DNA of 64,000 nucleotides from positions 23,315,495 to 23,379,494 of the forward strand of contig NC_068998.1 in NCBI RefSeq assembly GCF_001194135.2, in the 5' to 3' direction. Below, in pieces: positions 24,507 to 38,377 of the stretch. A program made the position numbers and the translations under genes. Numbering within the stretch: position 1 is the first letter of the stretch; the number at the start of each line of letters is the position of its first letter. This stretch comes from Octopus bimaculoides. Its lineage: Eukaryota. The notes beneath the pieces are model-generated. The model was not told the DNA's origin, did not search any database, and was given only the letters and a program-made list of their open reading frames with translations.

Positions 24507-26899
24507 GACGGATGCTCACATGCACACACATGTACGCACAGGAATACAAATATAGTTATGAAACAGAAGCTGCACTCAAATAGCTTAATCTGATGTTAGA
24601 TTCCGATAGCGATTTCCATTTCAACTCAAGATATTCGCAGACATGAAGTTCTTTAAAAAATGTCTTCACCTTTCTCTCCATTTTTCTCCTGAAAGTGTTT
24701 GCCATAACACACAAGCAAATACCATATTAGTATTTATATATGCAGCTTTTGATACCGTTGCTCTGTTATTTACACCTGGATTTACTCATGTACTAAAATC
24801 ATACACAGATTGAGCTAATATTACTTTATTGAAAATAGATTTCCTTAATTTCTTTTTTTAACTGCCATTATTTCTTTCTTCAAGTTACTGCTATTTATTT
24901 ATGTTGACTTATGTTTCTATCAATAACATTTGTATTTCTCAAATCTCTTCATTTAATGGTATTTTATGCCGGATAATCCCATATTATTGTACATTCCTAG
25001 AGTACAGCGTACACCTTTTTTCTTGGTTATCAATAACCTCTTCCTTCACTTCTTTCTTCTTGTACTAGTTTAGTTTACTTATTTAACTCTTTTACATCAT
25101 TCGTTTACTGCTTAGTGCATCATAGCAGTTCTGATAACCGCGATGTGCTTGTTAACCGAAACTACGATGTTTTCACCGTCTTCGTACGACGACGCAATTC
25201 TTCCATACCGTGCGCACGGTACTAAATGGTTCCGAAAAGGGACCAATCGAAACAGGTTCGAAACCTGCTGCCATGTAGGCAGTAGAATTGTATTCATATC
25301 TAATCTTCATTCATGAAAAATGAATCAAGGCTTCACCCAAGCCACGTTTCTGGCCCACATTCTCTGTGCTCTATTGTGATATAAGGTGGTTGTGCATAAA
25401 TGTGTTTCACATGGCCCATATCAACACATAACCAACTAGACCTTCAAGAAAAGCGCCAAAACAGAATGCCCAGTGTACACATTACTCTGTTGATCGAGAA
25501 ATGAAAATTCTATCTCCCACCCCGTGCTGCCAGTTTCAGTAGACAACTGCCAAGAAACACCGAACAAGATGGACATGTGACATGTTGCAGCCTCAATACA
25601 TGTGTGCTCCTCTTGTGCCACAGCATCCTCATCGATCTATTCAGCGTTGTCCACTGTAAAACAAACAAAAAGTAAGAACATTGTGTAATATACCACCTTC
25701 TTTAATAACGGATTAGAAAATATATAATTTAAGCAACTTGGGGTTTGGCACTGCTAGATAGGAACTGCTGATTTCTTGGCTTAGCCTGCGTTATTCGTTA
25801 TCTCTTAATATCGGTAATGTGTCCAGCAGATCAAATTGCTTTAGTCATACTGTACTTATAAAATGTGAGGAAAATAATTCAATGTGTACTCTCTAAATCG
25901 AAACTTGATTTGAAGATTCTGAAACAATATGCCTAAATATATATTGCACGAACGTATTTTAAAAGATAATTTGAAGCCCCTTCAAATTAATTTCAATACA
26001 ATTATTGAAATGCATAGGTTTTAATCTGAGATTACACATAATTATTTTGAAAATATCTGACAAAATTCAATTATCCAAAAGGGATTATAACATAATACAT
26101 TGATCATGAAGTGAATTATTATTCCCATTGAAAATTTATTTACATTATTTCGAATCGTGATTTTATCATAGAATAATGGAGCAATACGTTATGGAATAAT
26201 TTAAAAATAACAAAATTAGATTGGTTTTAAGAAATTTGTTCCTTATAGATTGTGAATGATTTAAATATTTTCTCTGCTTTCCATATTATCTCTACAAAGA
26301 ATCAAATTGAATACTCACTTGCAAATTAAATACTCACATTCTCTAATGAGAATCATGCACAGCCTGGCGCTAAATTCGAAATCATGATGTCAAACTAAAC
26401 AGCATTGGTTTCGCTGCCCTAGCAGAGGTAAGACGATTTTATTGTTCACTGCAATTTTTTCCTATCATGCTTATATTCATTTCGTGATTATTCAATGCCA
26501 CAAAAGTATTTTTACTTCTATTTTAGCGATGCTGGTGCTCACATAGTACGCTTGTCTCTATATATAAATAGATATCTTATACATTTATTAATTTTGCCTG
26601 TACGGACAATATATGCTGCAACTAGTGATGGTGTCTTGATCGTACTATCTCTCTCATCGAACATAACATAAGAGAAGCAGCATTTCCGAATTTATATAGA
26701 CGAGTAATTCTGTATCCATCCTCTGGTTCACCATGTGCGTCAGAAGCAGTATCGCAGAAAATCTGCAGTTTACTAGCAGGGAGTGAATTATCATTATAGA
26801 TATAGGATAAAGAATTATTAATTTAATAATTAATAATTTTACCAAGTAGTTCGGTATGGAAAAAGAACCATTATCGGTAAAAAAAAACGTATACAAAAA

Positions 26900-27400
26900 T
26901 GAGTGTCATGGACATCCAACAATGGAAGCACGAATCCACAAAGTTAAAGCCTTAGAACCTTAGGCCTTTGAAAAATAAACGACATCGAACGACTCAACTC
27001 AAGCAATACTTACTTCGCATGCACAACGTTGATGCTGACTAACTACAAAACCATCGGTAGTAGACAAAATAGATATTAAAAAACCGAAACTGAAGCATTC
27101 ATTCTTGCTGCCCGATAGCTTATTTATAAAATTATTACAATATATCAAAAACCAAACAAACACCTTTAAAAATGGAGGAGATCAACAATAATAACGAATC
27201 GGTGATGAACAAGTCGAGACAAAAGACCGTAGAGTTAGATTGTTCCACTTAAACTTTAACTGATAATAAGGTTAGCGACATCGGTTGGTCTCTACATTCA
27301 CTGCACATCATGCAGTGAAATGCTTTCATTATTATATTACAATACCTGCCCAAGGCATCTGGTCGATACCAGACGGATATTGTTAAATGAGCAGATATCG
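26900..27400. mobile_element. Possible decayed RLE-type LINE fragments
   Basis: The plus strand has KPKLKHSFLLP / ETEAFILAAR, like ETEGFILAAQDQ. An adjacent minus-strand Cys-rich piece follows. Very decayed. Confidence 0.3.
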
Positions 27401-28401
27401 AAAGACAATAAAATAGCAACATCAACAGCAAAAACAGCAACAACAATAGTAATAATAAGAGTGATGATGATGATGATGACGACGACGACGATGGTGTATT
27501 TGGGTTTATGTTAAATGGAACTTATTTGTTAATCCACTTATGGCCCCGGTTCGCTAGTGATGTTAGATGCAAAAAAAATTATTTAAATGTTCTTTGTTTG
27601 CTTTCACAAATACGGAACGTCTACCACATGCCGTCATCAGACAAACAAAGCTACTATTACTGTCTTTGTTGCTATTACTAACAAAGACAGCGAAATCAGA
27701 TTTGCTAATCAGAGCGGGTGCTTGCGACAAAATGAAGGAAATCATGTATATTTACGTGACCATTTAAATGGAAAAATATCATATTCAAATACGTCCGATG
27801 TTAGTGATAATATTGCAAACAACACAATTTTCGGAGCAGTAGTATTAAAGGAGCTAGATTAGTGGTAGAAAAGTTTCAAACTTAACAAAGTTATATAAAA
27901 CCTAATGACTAGGAGTCGTTTATGACATGAGAGAGTACGTCTTAGTTCTAATATGTTATCAAAGAGAGGGAAAGGAGATAAATACCGTATCTAAAATTTA
28001 TGTATGTTGTTTGAGTGATTGGAATTTGCATCGAGAAATATGGTAGAAGAAGTAATACAGAAAATATCAAAAGACGTATAGAAAGCTGTGTTCATGAGAA
28101 GTATATTATCGCATATATTTCACTTGAAAATATTATACAGTTGTAAGTTCTTTACGAGTGATGGGTTGCATTGAAAGCCTGTTGAAGGTCACATAGTTTT
28201 TATATTGTTACATATCAATATAACAATATATAACATATATTGTTACATATCAATGTTTACTTATTTTCATGGGTTTGATAGTTTACTGGACGGAAGCGAT
28301 TCACCAGTAGGAGCATAAATTCTTTTTTGAAGACACAATATATATGTATGTTTACATGTATGTATGTGAGTGTATACATACATACATACATATACATACA
28401 A

Positions 28402-28469
<68 letters not shown>

Positions 28470-28471
<2 letters not shown>

Positions 28472-28608
28472 GACGGGCTTCTTTCAGTTTACGTCTATCA
28501 AATCCCCTTACAAGCCTATGGATTGCCCGAGGCTATAGTAGAAGTCACTTTCCCGAGGTGCCACGCTGTGGGACCGAACACGAAACCATGTGTTTGGGAA
28601 GCAACCTT
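28470..28608 (-). mobile_element. SINE family B 5' half
   Basis: CGACGGGCTTCTTTCAGTTT...CCCGAGGCTATAGTAGAAG..ACTTTCCCGAGGTGCCACGC is the reverse complement of the family B head. Confidence 0.85.
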
Positions 28609-28995
28609 AATATGTGTATATATATATATATATGTATATAATCAAGTAAAATATATAAACCTCATTAAAAGACCATAAATCCAATGAAAATACTGGTTAG
28701 TTACCAATTTATAGAAAGTTCAACTATAAGGTAACCATAGAAACCGTGGTTCATGTATTTATATATTTGAAGAATAAGAATCAAATGGAGAGGGTATTAA
28801 TAAAAATATTTATTAATCATAAAATATGACATCTCTGACATCTCAGAAATCTTTATAAAATTGATTTATAAAATTTAAATCCTTGAAAGATGAATCTCTT
28901 CAGAGGTAGTAAAAACATATTAGAAATACATGTTGAGAGAACGGCTATAAACCGTTAACTGATAGTATATATACAAAGAGAGCCGATTATAGAAG

Positions 28996-29294
28996 GCCTC
29001 AATCCAACGTAGGGGAAGAAGGTAGTGTTTTTCCATTTTAAAGAAAGAAAAGAAGAGATTAATATAATATCAATATGTATTTAGAAGGAGAAAAAGAAAA
29101 GGTAAAAAAGGAAGCAGAAAAACGCATGTATATATAAATATATAATAATGCCTCAATCTAACATAGGGGAGAAAGTAGTGTATAGTTTGTGTCTTAAAGT
29201 AAGAAGAGATTACTATAATGGTAATGAGAAGGCGAAGTAGGAAAAAGGAAAAAAATCAAGCAGAAAAACCTGTGTGTGTAAAATACATAATAAT
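28996..29294 (+). repeat. Diverged two-unit tandem duplication (~150 bp unit)
   Basis: Units start at 28996 and 29150: GCCTCAATC.AAC.TAGGGGA...AAGAAGAGATTA.TATA...AAGCAGAAAAAC...ATAATAATG. Confidence 0.8.
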
Positions 29295-29519
29295 GTCATA
29301 TAATATACTTCTCTATAATACTGGAATACAAAATATTTAACGTTATAAAAGTGAAGTCAAGTAGAAGCAGACAGTGGTAATTATGTATCAACCGAAGTTA
29401 TCCGAAAGGGATAAATAATTTCTAAATATAATAATAATAATAATAATGACTTATTGTTTATGTTTATAATAATGATGAAATAAAATTGAAATTGAATAAA
29501 TAAATAGAATCTCCAGAAT

Positions 29520-30000
29520 AATATCGAAACAGAAAAATATCAAATCCATAATATATCCATACATTCCTTAAGACAATTTATTTGAAGCTTTTATGGTAAA
29601 AAGCAATAATAATAAAAATAGATTATTAGATAGGAACAAAAATTAAAAACTAAATATTTAAGACATACAACATTTTGTTTGAGGAACATGCTAAATGCGG
29701 TAAAGGAATTATTAAGAAAATAAACGTTTTGTAAGAGGAAATACTTTATATAAATAAATTCCAAACAAAATAAATTACAATGAATTACGTAAAATGCATT
29801 CATGTATAGCAGAGATGTAGGGAAAAAAATATATAAAGACAGAAAAGTTGGAACGAATATAAACGGGGGTATATATGAAAATGTAATCTGAGGTGATGAT
29901 AATATATTTGTGGATTTAAACAGTGAATCAGGAATCTTATGAATATGCTATTAACTTGGCCTGTTTTACTACTAAATAAAGTATAATACAAAATAAAATA
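29520..30000 (+). mobile_element. Possible decayed PLE linker/GIY-YIG
   Basis: IYPYIP and GIYENVI*GDDNIFVD loosely resemble GIY...C..C...YVG. The region is extremely AT-rich, so the match is weak. Confidence 0.25.
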
Positions 30001-30267
30001 TAAAAGAAATAAACAAAAATGAAAAAGAAACAATAATAATCAGAATAAAACAATCATGGATAAATACAGAAGTCAATGATACGCCAGTATTAAAAGAGAT
30101 ATAGCTATATACTAAATAATAAGACTAATGGAGAAATAAGATCAATTATACATCAGAAATAAAATACATCATTCTTATATATATATATATATATATAAAA
30201 TTTCAAATTGATTCGGCATCTATTTCTAGCATATAGGAGTCCACTTTTGCTGGTCATCCCTCCTATT

Positions 30268-30299
<32 letters not shown>

Positions 30300-31045
30300 A
30301 ATATAATATAATGTAATATAATCTTGAGTCATATATGTCTGTACTAAATATTAGGTGGAGATAATATAAGATTTACCAAAAGCTCTTAATTTTCATAAAA
30401 TAAAATGATTGTAGGATATTATATGTCATAACGTACATTTTATAAGGTAGATTAACTTAAATGCAAATTGTAATTTTATACAAATACTATAAAAGATAAA
30501 GGAATAAGTTAAGTAAATTAAATTATAAAAACTAATTGGAGTATATTTTTAGACAAACATGCATTTGCTTAGTTAGATCAACTGACATGCAAAATGAAAT
30601 TTTATGCAAAGATTACAAAAGATGCAGAACTATATTAAATCAAATAAAAATAAAAATAAAATGAGTAAAACAAATTGGAAGATTTGTCCTTAAAACTAAC
30701 AAAGAATTGAAAGGATGTACCAATAATACATTATAGGGTTAAATGCATATGATAACAAATAAATATGATATAATATAATGAAAAAATAACAAGGAGAAAT
30801 TTTGTTGAATAAAAAATATTATCAATACAGATTAAGATAAGAGATAAACCAGGTTAAAACCAAAGAGTTTTTTTTACATAATATGTGTGGAATTAAACAC
30901 ATATATCTGATAAATTAATAATATATCCTGAATTAAGAACTTATTACAGGTAAATAATTACGTTAATTAATATTAAAACGAAATAGAGAATGAAGACACA
31001 TAAATCCATACACACACACATACGTACAGGTATGTACGTATGTAT

Positions 31046-31412
31046 NNNNNNNNNNNNNNNNNNNNNNNNNNNNNNNNNNNNNNNNNNNNNNNNNNNNNNN
31101 NNNNNNNNNNNNNNNNNNNNNNNNNNNNNNNNNNNNNNNNNNNNNNNNNNNNNNNNNNNNNNNNNNNNNNNNNNNNNNNNNNNNNNNNNNNNNNNNNNNN
31201 NNNNNNNNNNNNNNNNNNNNNNNNNNNNNNNNNNNNNNNNNNNNNNNNNNNNNNNNNNNNNNNNNNNNNNNNNNNNNNNNNNNNNNNNNNNNNNNNNNNN
31301 NNNNNNNNNNNNNNNNNNNNNNNNNNNNNNNNNNNNNNNNNNNNNNNNNNNNNNNNNNNNNNNNNNNNNNNNNNNNNNNNNNNNNNNNNNNNNNNNNNNN
31401 NNNNNNNNNNNN
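31046..31412. other. Assembly gap (N run)
   Basis: Run of N. Confidence 0.99.
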
Positions 31413-32441
31413 NTTTTTATCTTACTAAAATTGACTTGAAACCATGGTACAGAATATAGATTGGTAAATGTTTTTATTTTTCATTACCTTTCGAAATTAT
31501 CCCTAATTTTTGTGGTATGTAGTCTTTTGCTGCTCTTTCTAGCGGGTTAGATGTCCTATTACAGGCATCTCTGCATTTTAAATGAATAATACATAGTCTA
31601 TTGACTGTTTTTTTTACTCTCGCTAGACCACTGGTGGTAAATAAAATTTTTATAATTTATATATATATATATATATATATAGATACATAAGCACCTGATA
31701 AAATTTAGGTAAATTGGGCTCATTATATAATTTGGATGATATTATATATAGCTTATGTGAAAGGAATAAATAACTTGATATATAATATATACATGAATAT
31801 TAATGAAAGGGCAAGATTTATATGAATATTAATGTAAAGGCAAAATATATATCTATATATAAATTAGGGGTTTAAAACAGGTTGATTTTAAAGAGGAGCT
31901 TAATGTAGTAAAGGCGGAAGTGTTAAATATGTAGTGAAATTAGTTAGACACGGATGCAAATGCAAGTAATAAAATGAGTAAATAATTAAATATTATTATA
32001 TCAGTATTTTGACGACACAAATTTGGTTTCATATGTATTTGATAACACGGTGCAGAGGATAGTATTTCCCATTTTAAATAATAAATTCACTCAGAGCAGT
32101 GGAACCAGATCTAAGTCTATTTCTGAAAGAATAAATGTGAGAGGTCAAACGTTTCTTAATTTCATTCTATGTAGAACCTATATACCAACTCTTCATTTCC
32201 TGTGCCGTTAATGTACATTGATATAGCACGCTTCTACGCTTACATGCATTTCTATGTAAGCTGTTACTTTTAATTATACAATCACAGCTATTAGTTATAT
32301 CATTCACTTTAGGGGTATTAGGTATATGGATCAGATTATGAGTAGATATATTGCTTTGTAAATAAGTGTTATTGGCATTAATATTTTCAATAGGGTTATC
32401 TACCGGGGTGGGTTAACAGTATTACAGGTAATTACACTCGC

Positions 32442-32485
<44 letters not shown>

Positions 32486-33419
32486 TTTATTATTAAAGCT
32501 GGTAAAACATCACAAAATATCAATAAAAGCTGCTAATCAGGGTGTCACGTTCCCGTTTGTCCGGCAATTGTGATCAAGAATTGAATAAAAATTGTGAATA
32601 TACGTATAATGTATATTTTGATATGACTGAAATTAACATATACACATTTGAATATGATTGGTTCTACTGGAAGTTGAGACTGAATATACAAATAAGAAAT
32701 AATAATAATAAATTAAAATTATATAAATATCGTGTTGTATTAAATCAAAGAAAACCTTGAGTTGGAAAAAAAAAAGATTTACTTTGGGTAGCTGTAGTGA
32801 ACAATATTAGTTGTTTTTTTTATTGTAACATTATCTTTAATTTCTTAGCTGATATCGAGGTTTTCTATTTGCTGAAGCACTATCACATAATAACTAAATA
32901 TAAAAGAAATGGAAAATGGAGACAAACTCACAAAAGGTCACTTAAATCATTTATATCACCGACATATATGTTTCGATGGGTACATTAATAATAACCCGGG
33001 ACGAATAATATGGTGGAATAATGTATCAATCTCATCAAGCTGAAGATCATAAATATCAGTGTAATAGAGGGTCAAGTAAGTAGAAATGTGAATGATAAAT
33101 GCATAGAAACGATAAAGGAAAGAATGAGATATTTGCCTTGAACGAATAAGGTTAAAATTACAGATATTGTTAGGCAAAACAGAGGAGATATTTGAAATAG
33201 CTTAAATGTGTTTTTACCAATGTAAACACCCGTAAACATGTTCTTCATAGGTGCTGACAAGTGAAGTCTCTCTTTGGAAAAAAGGACATGCAGTTGTTCA
33301 TCCGTACAAAGAAGGCAAAATGATTTGCCCTTATCATAAGGGAATGACCTTCACAATATTTTCCAGTCTAAATTAAGCTGTTTATTACAGTCTATGAGAT
33401 ACCATATTAGCTTTCTAAG

Positions 33420-34420
33420 ACCCGTAGTATTACATTTACTAATATATTTAAATGTAGAAAGATGATTATCTATGAGGTTTTTTTTTTTAATCTTAATGGA
33501 GCAAATGACATTAACTACAAGGAAGGTCTACTTGTTCCATCATATATTAACAACATGGAAGTTCTACTTGTTCAATCAGATAAAAATGGCAACCTGTATC
33601 ACCTAAGCATGGATTATTACCTAAAATTACTCAGGAAAGAAATGCAAAATATATATAAGGCTATTGGTAAAAATGTTATTAGGAAAACCAACGTTGAAAC
33701 ATAGAAAATTATGGAGAAATATAATTTACAAATGAGGACTGATCCTTTCAATCCAAAGCAACCCCGTTTTATTTTAAAAGACCACAAACATAACTCCTTC
33801 AATAACCCAACTCTCGGATATCGCTATACTTAGCAAAAGTATTGCTGATAAGTACGTTCCTTTTTTTTTTAAAGAAAACACTTACACTTCATTTATGGTT
33901 CAATTCTTTTGTTTATAAACTCAACACTAAATTTATCCAGTTTGATATATTTAATTATTAGTCTTCTATTAATCCTGTCATCCTTACTAAAGCCCAATAG
34001 TTCGCACAAAATAAATCTGGCCTCACTCAAGATGAAATTAATGTAGTTTTAGTGGCTAGAAAATCTATTGTTAAATTTGATAATAAATTTTGGGCAATTG
34101 CTTTGATATAACAATGGGAGCATCCGATTCTGCCCAGATCTCTGACCCGTTTGGTATTTATATTCTATCCGAAATGGCTGATCAATTCCCGTATGTTTCG
34201 GTGGATTATATCGCAACGATGACCTCTATCTCCAAAATATCTCTTATCAAGAACTACAAAATATTAAAGATGATCTAGTTATATTCTTCAGTAATATGGG
34301 CTTGAGTATTAATTTTAATGACAAAAGAACAGACGTTAATTTATTTTACCATACAGTCAAATTAAACAGCTTTATGTTACCCATACCAAAAAACTTCAAC
34401 CAATTTAATTATAACCAAAT
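33420..34420 (+). mobile_element. Penelope-like (Neptune-type) reverse transcriptase remnant
   Basis: Frames give LLVQSDKNGNLYHLSMDYYLKLL (V.ADKT.N.Y), FILKDHKHNSFNNPT (FIT.KDHK.NF.NNP), KFIQFDIFNY, FDITMGASDSAQISDPFGIYILS (FDVTMGS.DGAE..ELVG.YIL) and GLYRNDDL (GLYRDD). Confidence 0.85.
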
Positions 34421-34442
34421 GTATATTTCATGATGACTTCGA

Positions 34443-35290
34443 AAAAAATGTCAAACAGGGTGAGGGCAAGTACACAGCCCTGCTTCACGTTTCTGCATAT
34501 GTTGAACACCTATAAATATTGAACGATACCTTTGATATCCGCATGAAACTATTGGAATTTCCTGAGAATTCTCGGAGAACAGCGAAACTTCTCAAAGATT
34601 TTGAAAAAGGCAACCTCTCTAACAAAGTGTAAGGCCTTCATGATGTCAATGAAAGTGATGTACTTTCATTGCCTTTGCTCTCAGAACTTCTCCCGTATTT
34701 GTTAAAAAGAGAAGACCGTGAATATGGAGAAGCGTTCTGATTGCAACTCATACATCCTGCGATGTCAAATGAAAACTGGATTCCATTTCATATTTGTAGG
34801 GAGTACTTATTTGCAAAGCGTCTTGCTGTCTTCTCCGTGTTGTTCCTCGCTGATATCAATGCTTGCTGTTTTGCCCCGGGAGATTGGCGCTTGGGCATCA
34901 ACAGGTCAACTTGCTTCTCCTCCATGGGCGTATCAATCTCATTCGTGTTGGAATCAGACCAGTCGAATCAGATCAATTCTTATTTACCACCTCCCTCTAA
35001 AGGCTCTCAGTATAATGCAAGGAATGGTGTCCCTCAGAAGGTTCCACCTCTGTTGAATATTACATTCCCGGGGACTCTAAGGACGGAGTTCTTCAGTGAT
35101 TTGGAAATGCATCAGCCTTGGCTGATTCCAGGGTTGCAGTAGCAATGATACGTTGCTTGTTGCAGTATACCAGTCTTGATTAGAGTTTCTAACTGCAGCA
35201 AAGTAAGCGGTGATCTGTATCACAGTCAGCGCTGTTAAAGGATCGTGTCAAGAGCACATTCCTCAGCAAGTTGCGTGTTGTGAGGTTTAG
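34443..35290 (-). mobile_element. RTE-clade (BovB-like) LINE RT fragment
   Basis: Minus frames give QEKF*EQRQ*KYITFIDIMKA, FKIFEKFRCSPRIL, FHADIKGIVQY and NVKQGCVLALTLFDIF, matching the RTE RT (QEKCREQ...FIDLTKAFD; GVKQGCVLAPTLF). Upstream linker remnants are present. Confidence 0.8.
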
Positions 35291-37689
35291 ATCTAGATAG
35301 TGTCAAAACCCTGAGCGAGGATATTGACCGAAAATCTGTATATGTGTGTGTTTGTGCGTGCGTGTATATATATATAAAGCTGTGTATGTGTCGTTATGTT
35401 GGAAAATGTGCATTTGATTAGAAGAAAGGGTGGGGAGAGAAGGTGAGACTCCATACTGGTGTCTCCCAATATGTGAGTTGTAATATTATTCGTTTCTGAC
35501 AAATTCGTGTTGCATTAAACTGTTGCTACGCTGAATGTAGGGTCGACATAAGTGAGATAGAAAACAACAACATAGAGAAAGAATGCAAGATAAAGGACAG
35601 GGTAAAGTAACACATAGAGAGTGCATGAAATGCTGCAATATTTCTTTGATCGCTGTTTATTACCTTTAATGTTCTAATGACGCTAAGCACGATCAGACAT
35701 TTAAAAGTTTATATATTATAATAAACGAATGCACGAATAGATTTAGGCACCAAAATCTGGATTAAGCATTTGATTTATACATTTTATTGCATATCTTCCC
35801 GCCCCAAATTTTCAGAATATCTTTTGATTTGTTATTTGTAATTTCTTTGTGAACAATTTTCAGTGGATTCTTAAAATTTTGAACATTTCTATGATGTTGA
35901 AACATGTTCATTTAAAATTGGATGGAATGTTTTCATCTAATCACTCACGCACCTGTAATAGAGGTACATAAACAAGTCAGCTCGACTAGGTGCCTTGTCT
36001 TAAACTGTAAACCTAGTAATGAGGTTAGTGAGCATTGAACTCTTGAATCATTCAGCTAGGAGTCGATGATGCCTACATCATTACAAGCAGTTCAAGTGCA
36101 GTTTCCGATTCAATAAATTCACTATGACATCCTGTAGCTAATTTAGTAGCGTATATCTAATTCTATTATTTGATACATGGCTCCGTTAATGCCGTTTGAA
36201 CGTCCAAATAGAACATTTTCCTTGGATCCTAGGAAGTCCAATTCAAAATATTACATTGATGCATTTAATCTAATATAATTGGTAGCCAAGTATCAGTTTG
36301 AATTGATGTGAAGCACGTTTTTTAAAATTGCATTGTTCTGGGTTACCAATTTAAATTAAGAGTTTTCTATACCTCTCCAGCACTAATCTCTATATTTAAG
36401 ACAAGTAACACTGAAATATATCAGTTCATATGTCGGCAAACAAACACTAGATGTTAGGAGCATCGCCTAGTTATAGTCAGTAGTAATACAGTAAACTTGT
36501 CACTTCTTTCATAAACCAAGGAAAACGGATGAATTAAATATCCAACAACAACAAGAAGAGGAATATCCATCTAAATATAACTTGGCTCTCCTACCATCAT
36601 TTAGACTTGTCTGTTACTTGGAGAAGGTTTCTATTTTATGGCTAGATGCCTTTACGATAATGATCACTCTACCACGAAGTGGGATTAATTCCAACGTTCT
36701 TGAAAGTTTATTTCATTTTATTTGATAGTTCAGAATAATGTTCCATTGAATATAGTTTCTACTGTTTTCCTTTCTTTCTTCAAGTTAGTCAGACACTGAT
36801 AATACCTTTCCTTCAAATCAGCTTTGCCTTGACTTTCATCAAGCAGTAAATATTAATCCGTTTGTTTCCCAATAACCGTAGAGAGCTGCGTTGATAAGCA
36901 AACAGACAGAAATGTGATAAATCATGGACTCATTCTCACTTGCCTGCACTACAGTACATTGAAGACGAATACGGTAGTTTCTAAGATTATATACTTACCT
37001 TATCTACGGATAGTAAACGCTGTGTTATAAAACAAATTAGGTAAATGTGTTATTCTGCTGTCGGTATACAACAGAAAGACATTTTACAAAATAGGTTGAA
37101 TTTTATGTTGTATACACACAATTATATCCACGGAAAAATATTGTTTTCATCCGAAATATACTTTAAAAGTCACAAAACAACAAATTATGGTAAAAGCCTT
37201 GTGAGGTTTCTAATATAGGCAGTTGTTATACCCCACTCAGTTTGTTATGTGTGCGTGCGCGTGTGTATGTGTGTGTGTACACCACATTACTTCTTTCATC
37301 TTATACGTTTTGAGTACGCACATAAAAGTTGGTATGCCGGAATAATAATATTGGAGCTTATATATATATATATATACATGTGTGTGGGTGTATGCGTGTG
37401 TGTATGTATCAAGGTTGCCACTAGTTTCATGTTCCAAAAATATTTTAATATGTTAACAATTTTTAGAGGAAGGGTTTTCGTTTACATCTTGGATTAAAAC
37501 ACGAACATTCTCGGGAATTTACAATAAAGTAAAAAAAAATAGGAAATCTTTACTCTTGGATTTTAAGTGATTTTATCCTATTAAAGTTAGGTATAGTTGC
37601 ACCCCTAATATCGGGTCGATATTCCTCAACCATAATAAAAAGAAAAATAACCCACCAGGAATACCCCGGAAAGAGGCTCTAAGTATAGG

Positions 37690-37950
37690 TCTCTGAAACT
37701 CGAAATTCTAGATGTCTGGTAAAAGATTTTATATTCAAGGCCAACATCATGGATCCCATCGGTGTAGAACAGACATATCGGAATGTCGAACAGCTCTCTC
37801 AAGGAAAGACACGCAAAACCACTGGCGTCACTTAGGGACAAATGTAACATACATGCGCTATCCCTATCCAATATGATATGGACATTGACAGAGGGAGGAA
37901 CGCTCAGATAACATAGTGCATTATTGCTAACGCCAGAAAACACAAGCTAA
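37690..37950 (+). mobile_element. Penelope-like GIY-YIG remnant
   Basis: CLVKDFIFKANIMDPIGVEQTY, then a frameshift to IGMSNSSLKERHAKPLASLRDK...LSNMIWTLTE (CL...IY.A.V...YIG.T...FK.R...H..SF...LS..IW.LKE). Confidence 0.7.
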
Positions 37951-38192
37951 ACAACATTCAGTCAAAAGGTTACTTCTTACACATTAGGGATGAATCCTTC
38001 TCGCTCTCCATACATGAGCAATATTTTACAGAGAGAGACAAAGACAGGCAGAAACAAAGGAAAATACCCCTCGTCTTTGAATATTAACGAAATGTTAAAA
38101 AAAAAACTTTTCATCTAATTTTCATCCCAAAATTTAATTTTTCTTTTCTATACTTAGATATGAAAAAGTCTCAGCGAATGAAACCGGTACTA

Positions 38193-38340
38193 NNNNNNNN
38201 NNNNNNNNNNNNNNNNNNNNNNNNNNNNNNNNNNNNNNNNNNNNNNNNNNNNNNNNNNNNNNNNNNNNNNNNNNNNNNNNNNNNNNNNNNNNNNNNNNNN
38301 NNNNNNNNNNNNNNNNNNNNNNNNNNNNNNNNNNNNNNNN
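38193..38340. other. Assembly gap (N run)
   Basis: Run of N. Confidence 0.99.
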
Positions 38341-38346
38341 TATATA

Positions 38347-38377
<31 letters not shown>

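Noticed and set aside
25253-25273. tRNA suggested by CAGGTTCGAAACCTGCTGCCA (T-arm-like plus CCA)
   Set aside because: There is no D-arm/A-box or matching 5' acceptor strand upstream. It is kept only as part of the hairpin cluster.
27587-27862. 91 aa plus-strand ORF
   Set aside because: No recognisable domain or splice support, and the length is within chance expectation.
36999-37019. 21 nt in-frame microexon on the minus strand (ACACAG|CGTTTACTATCCGTAGATAAG|GTAAGT)
   Set aside because: The donor is strong but there is no host gene to attach it to, and such motifs are expected by chance.
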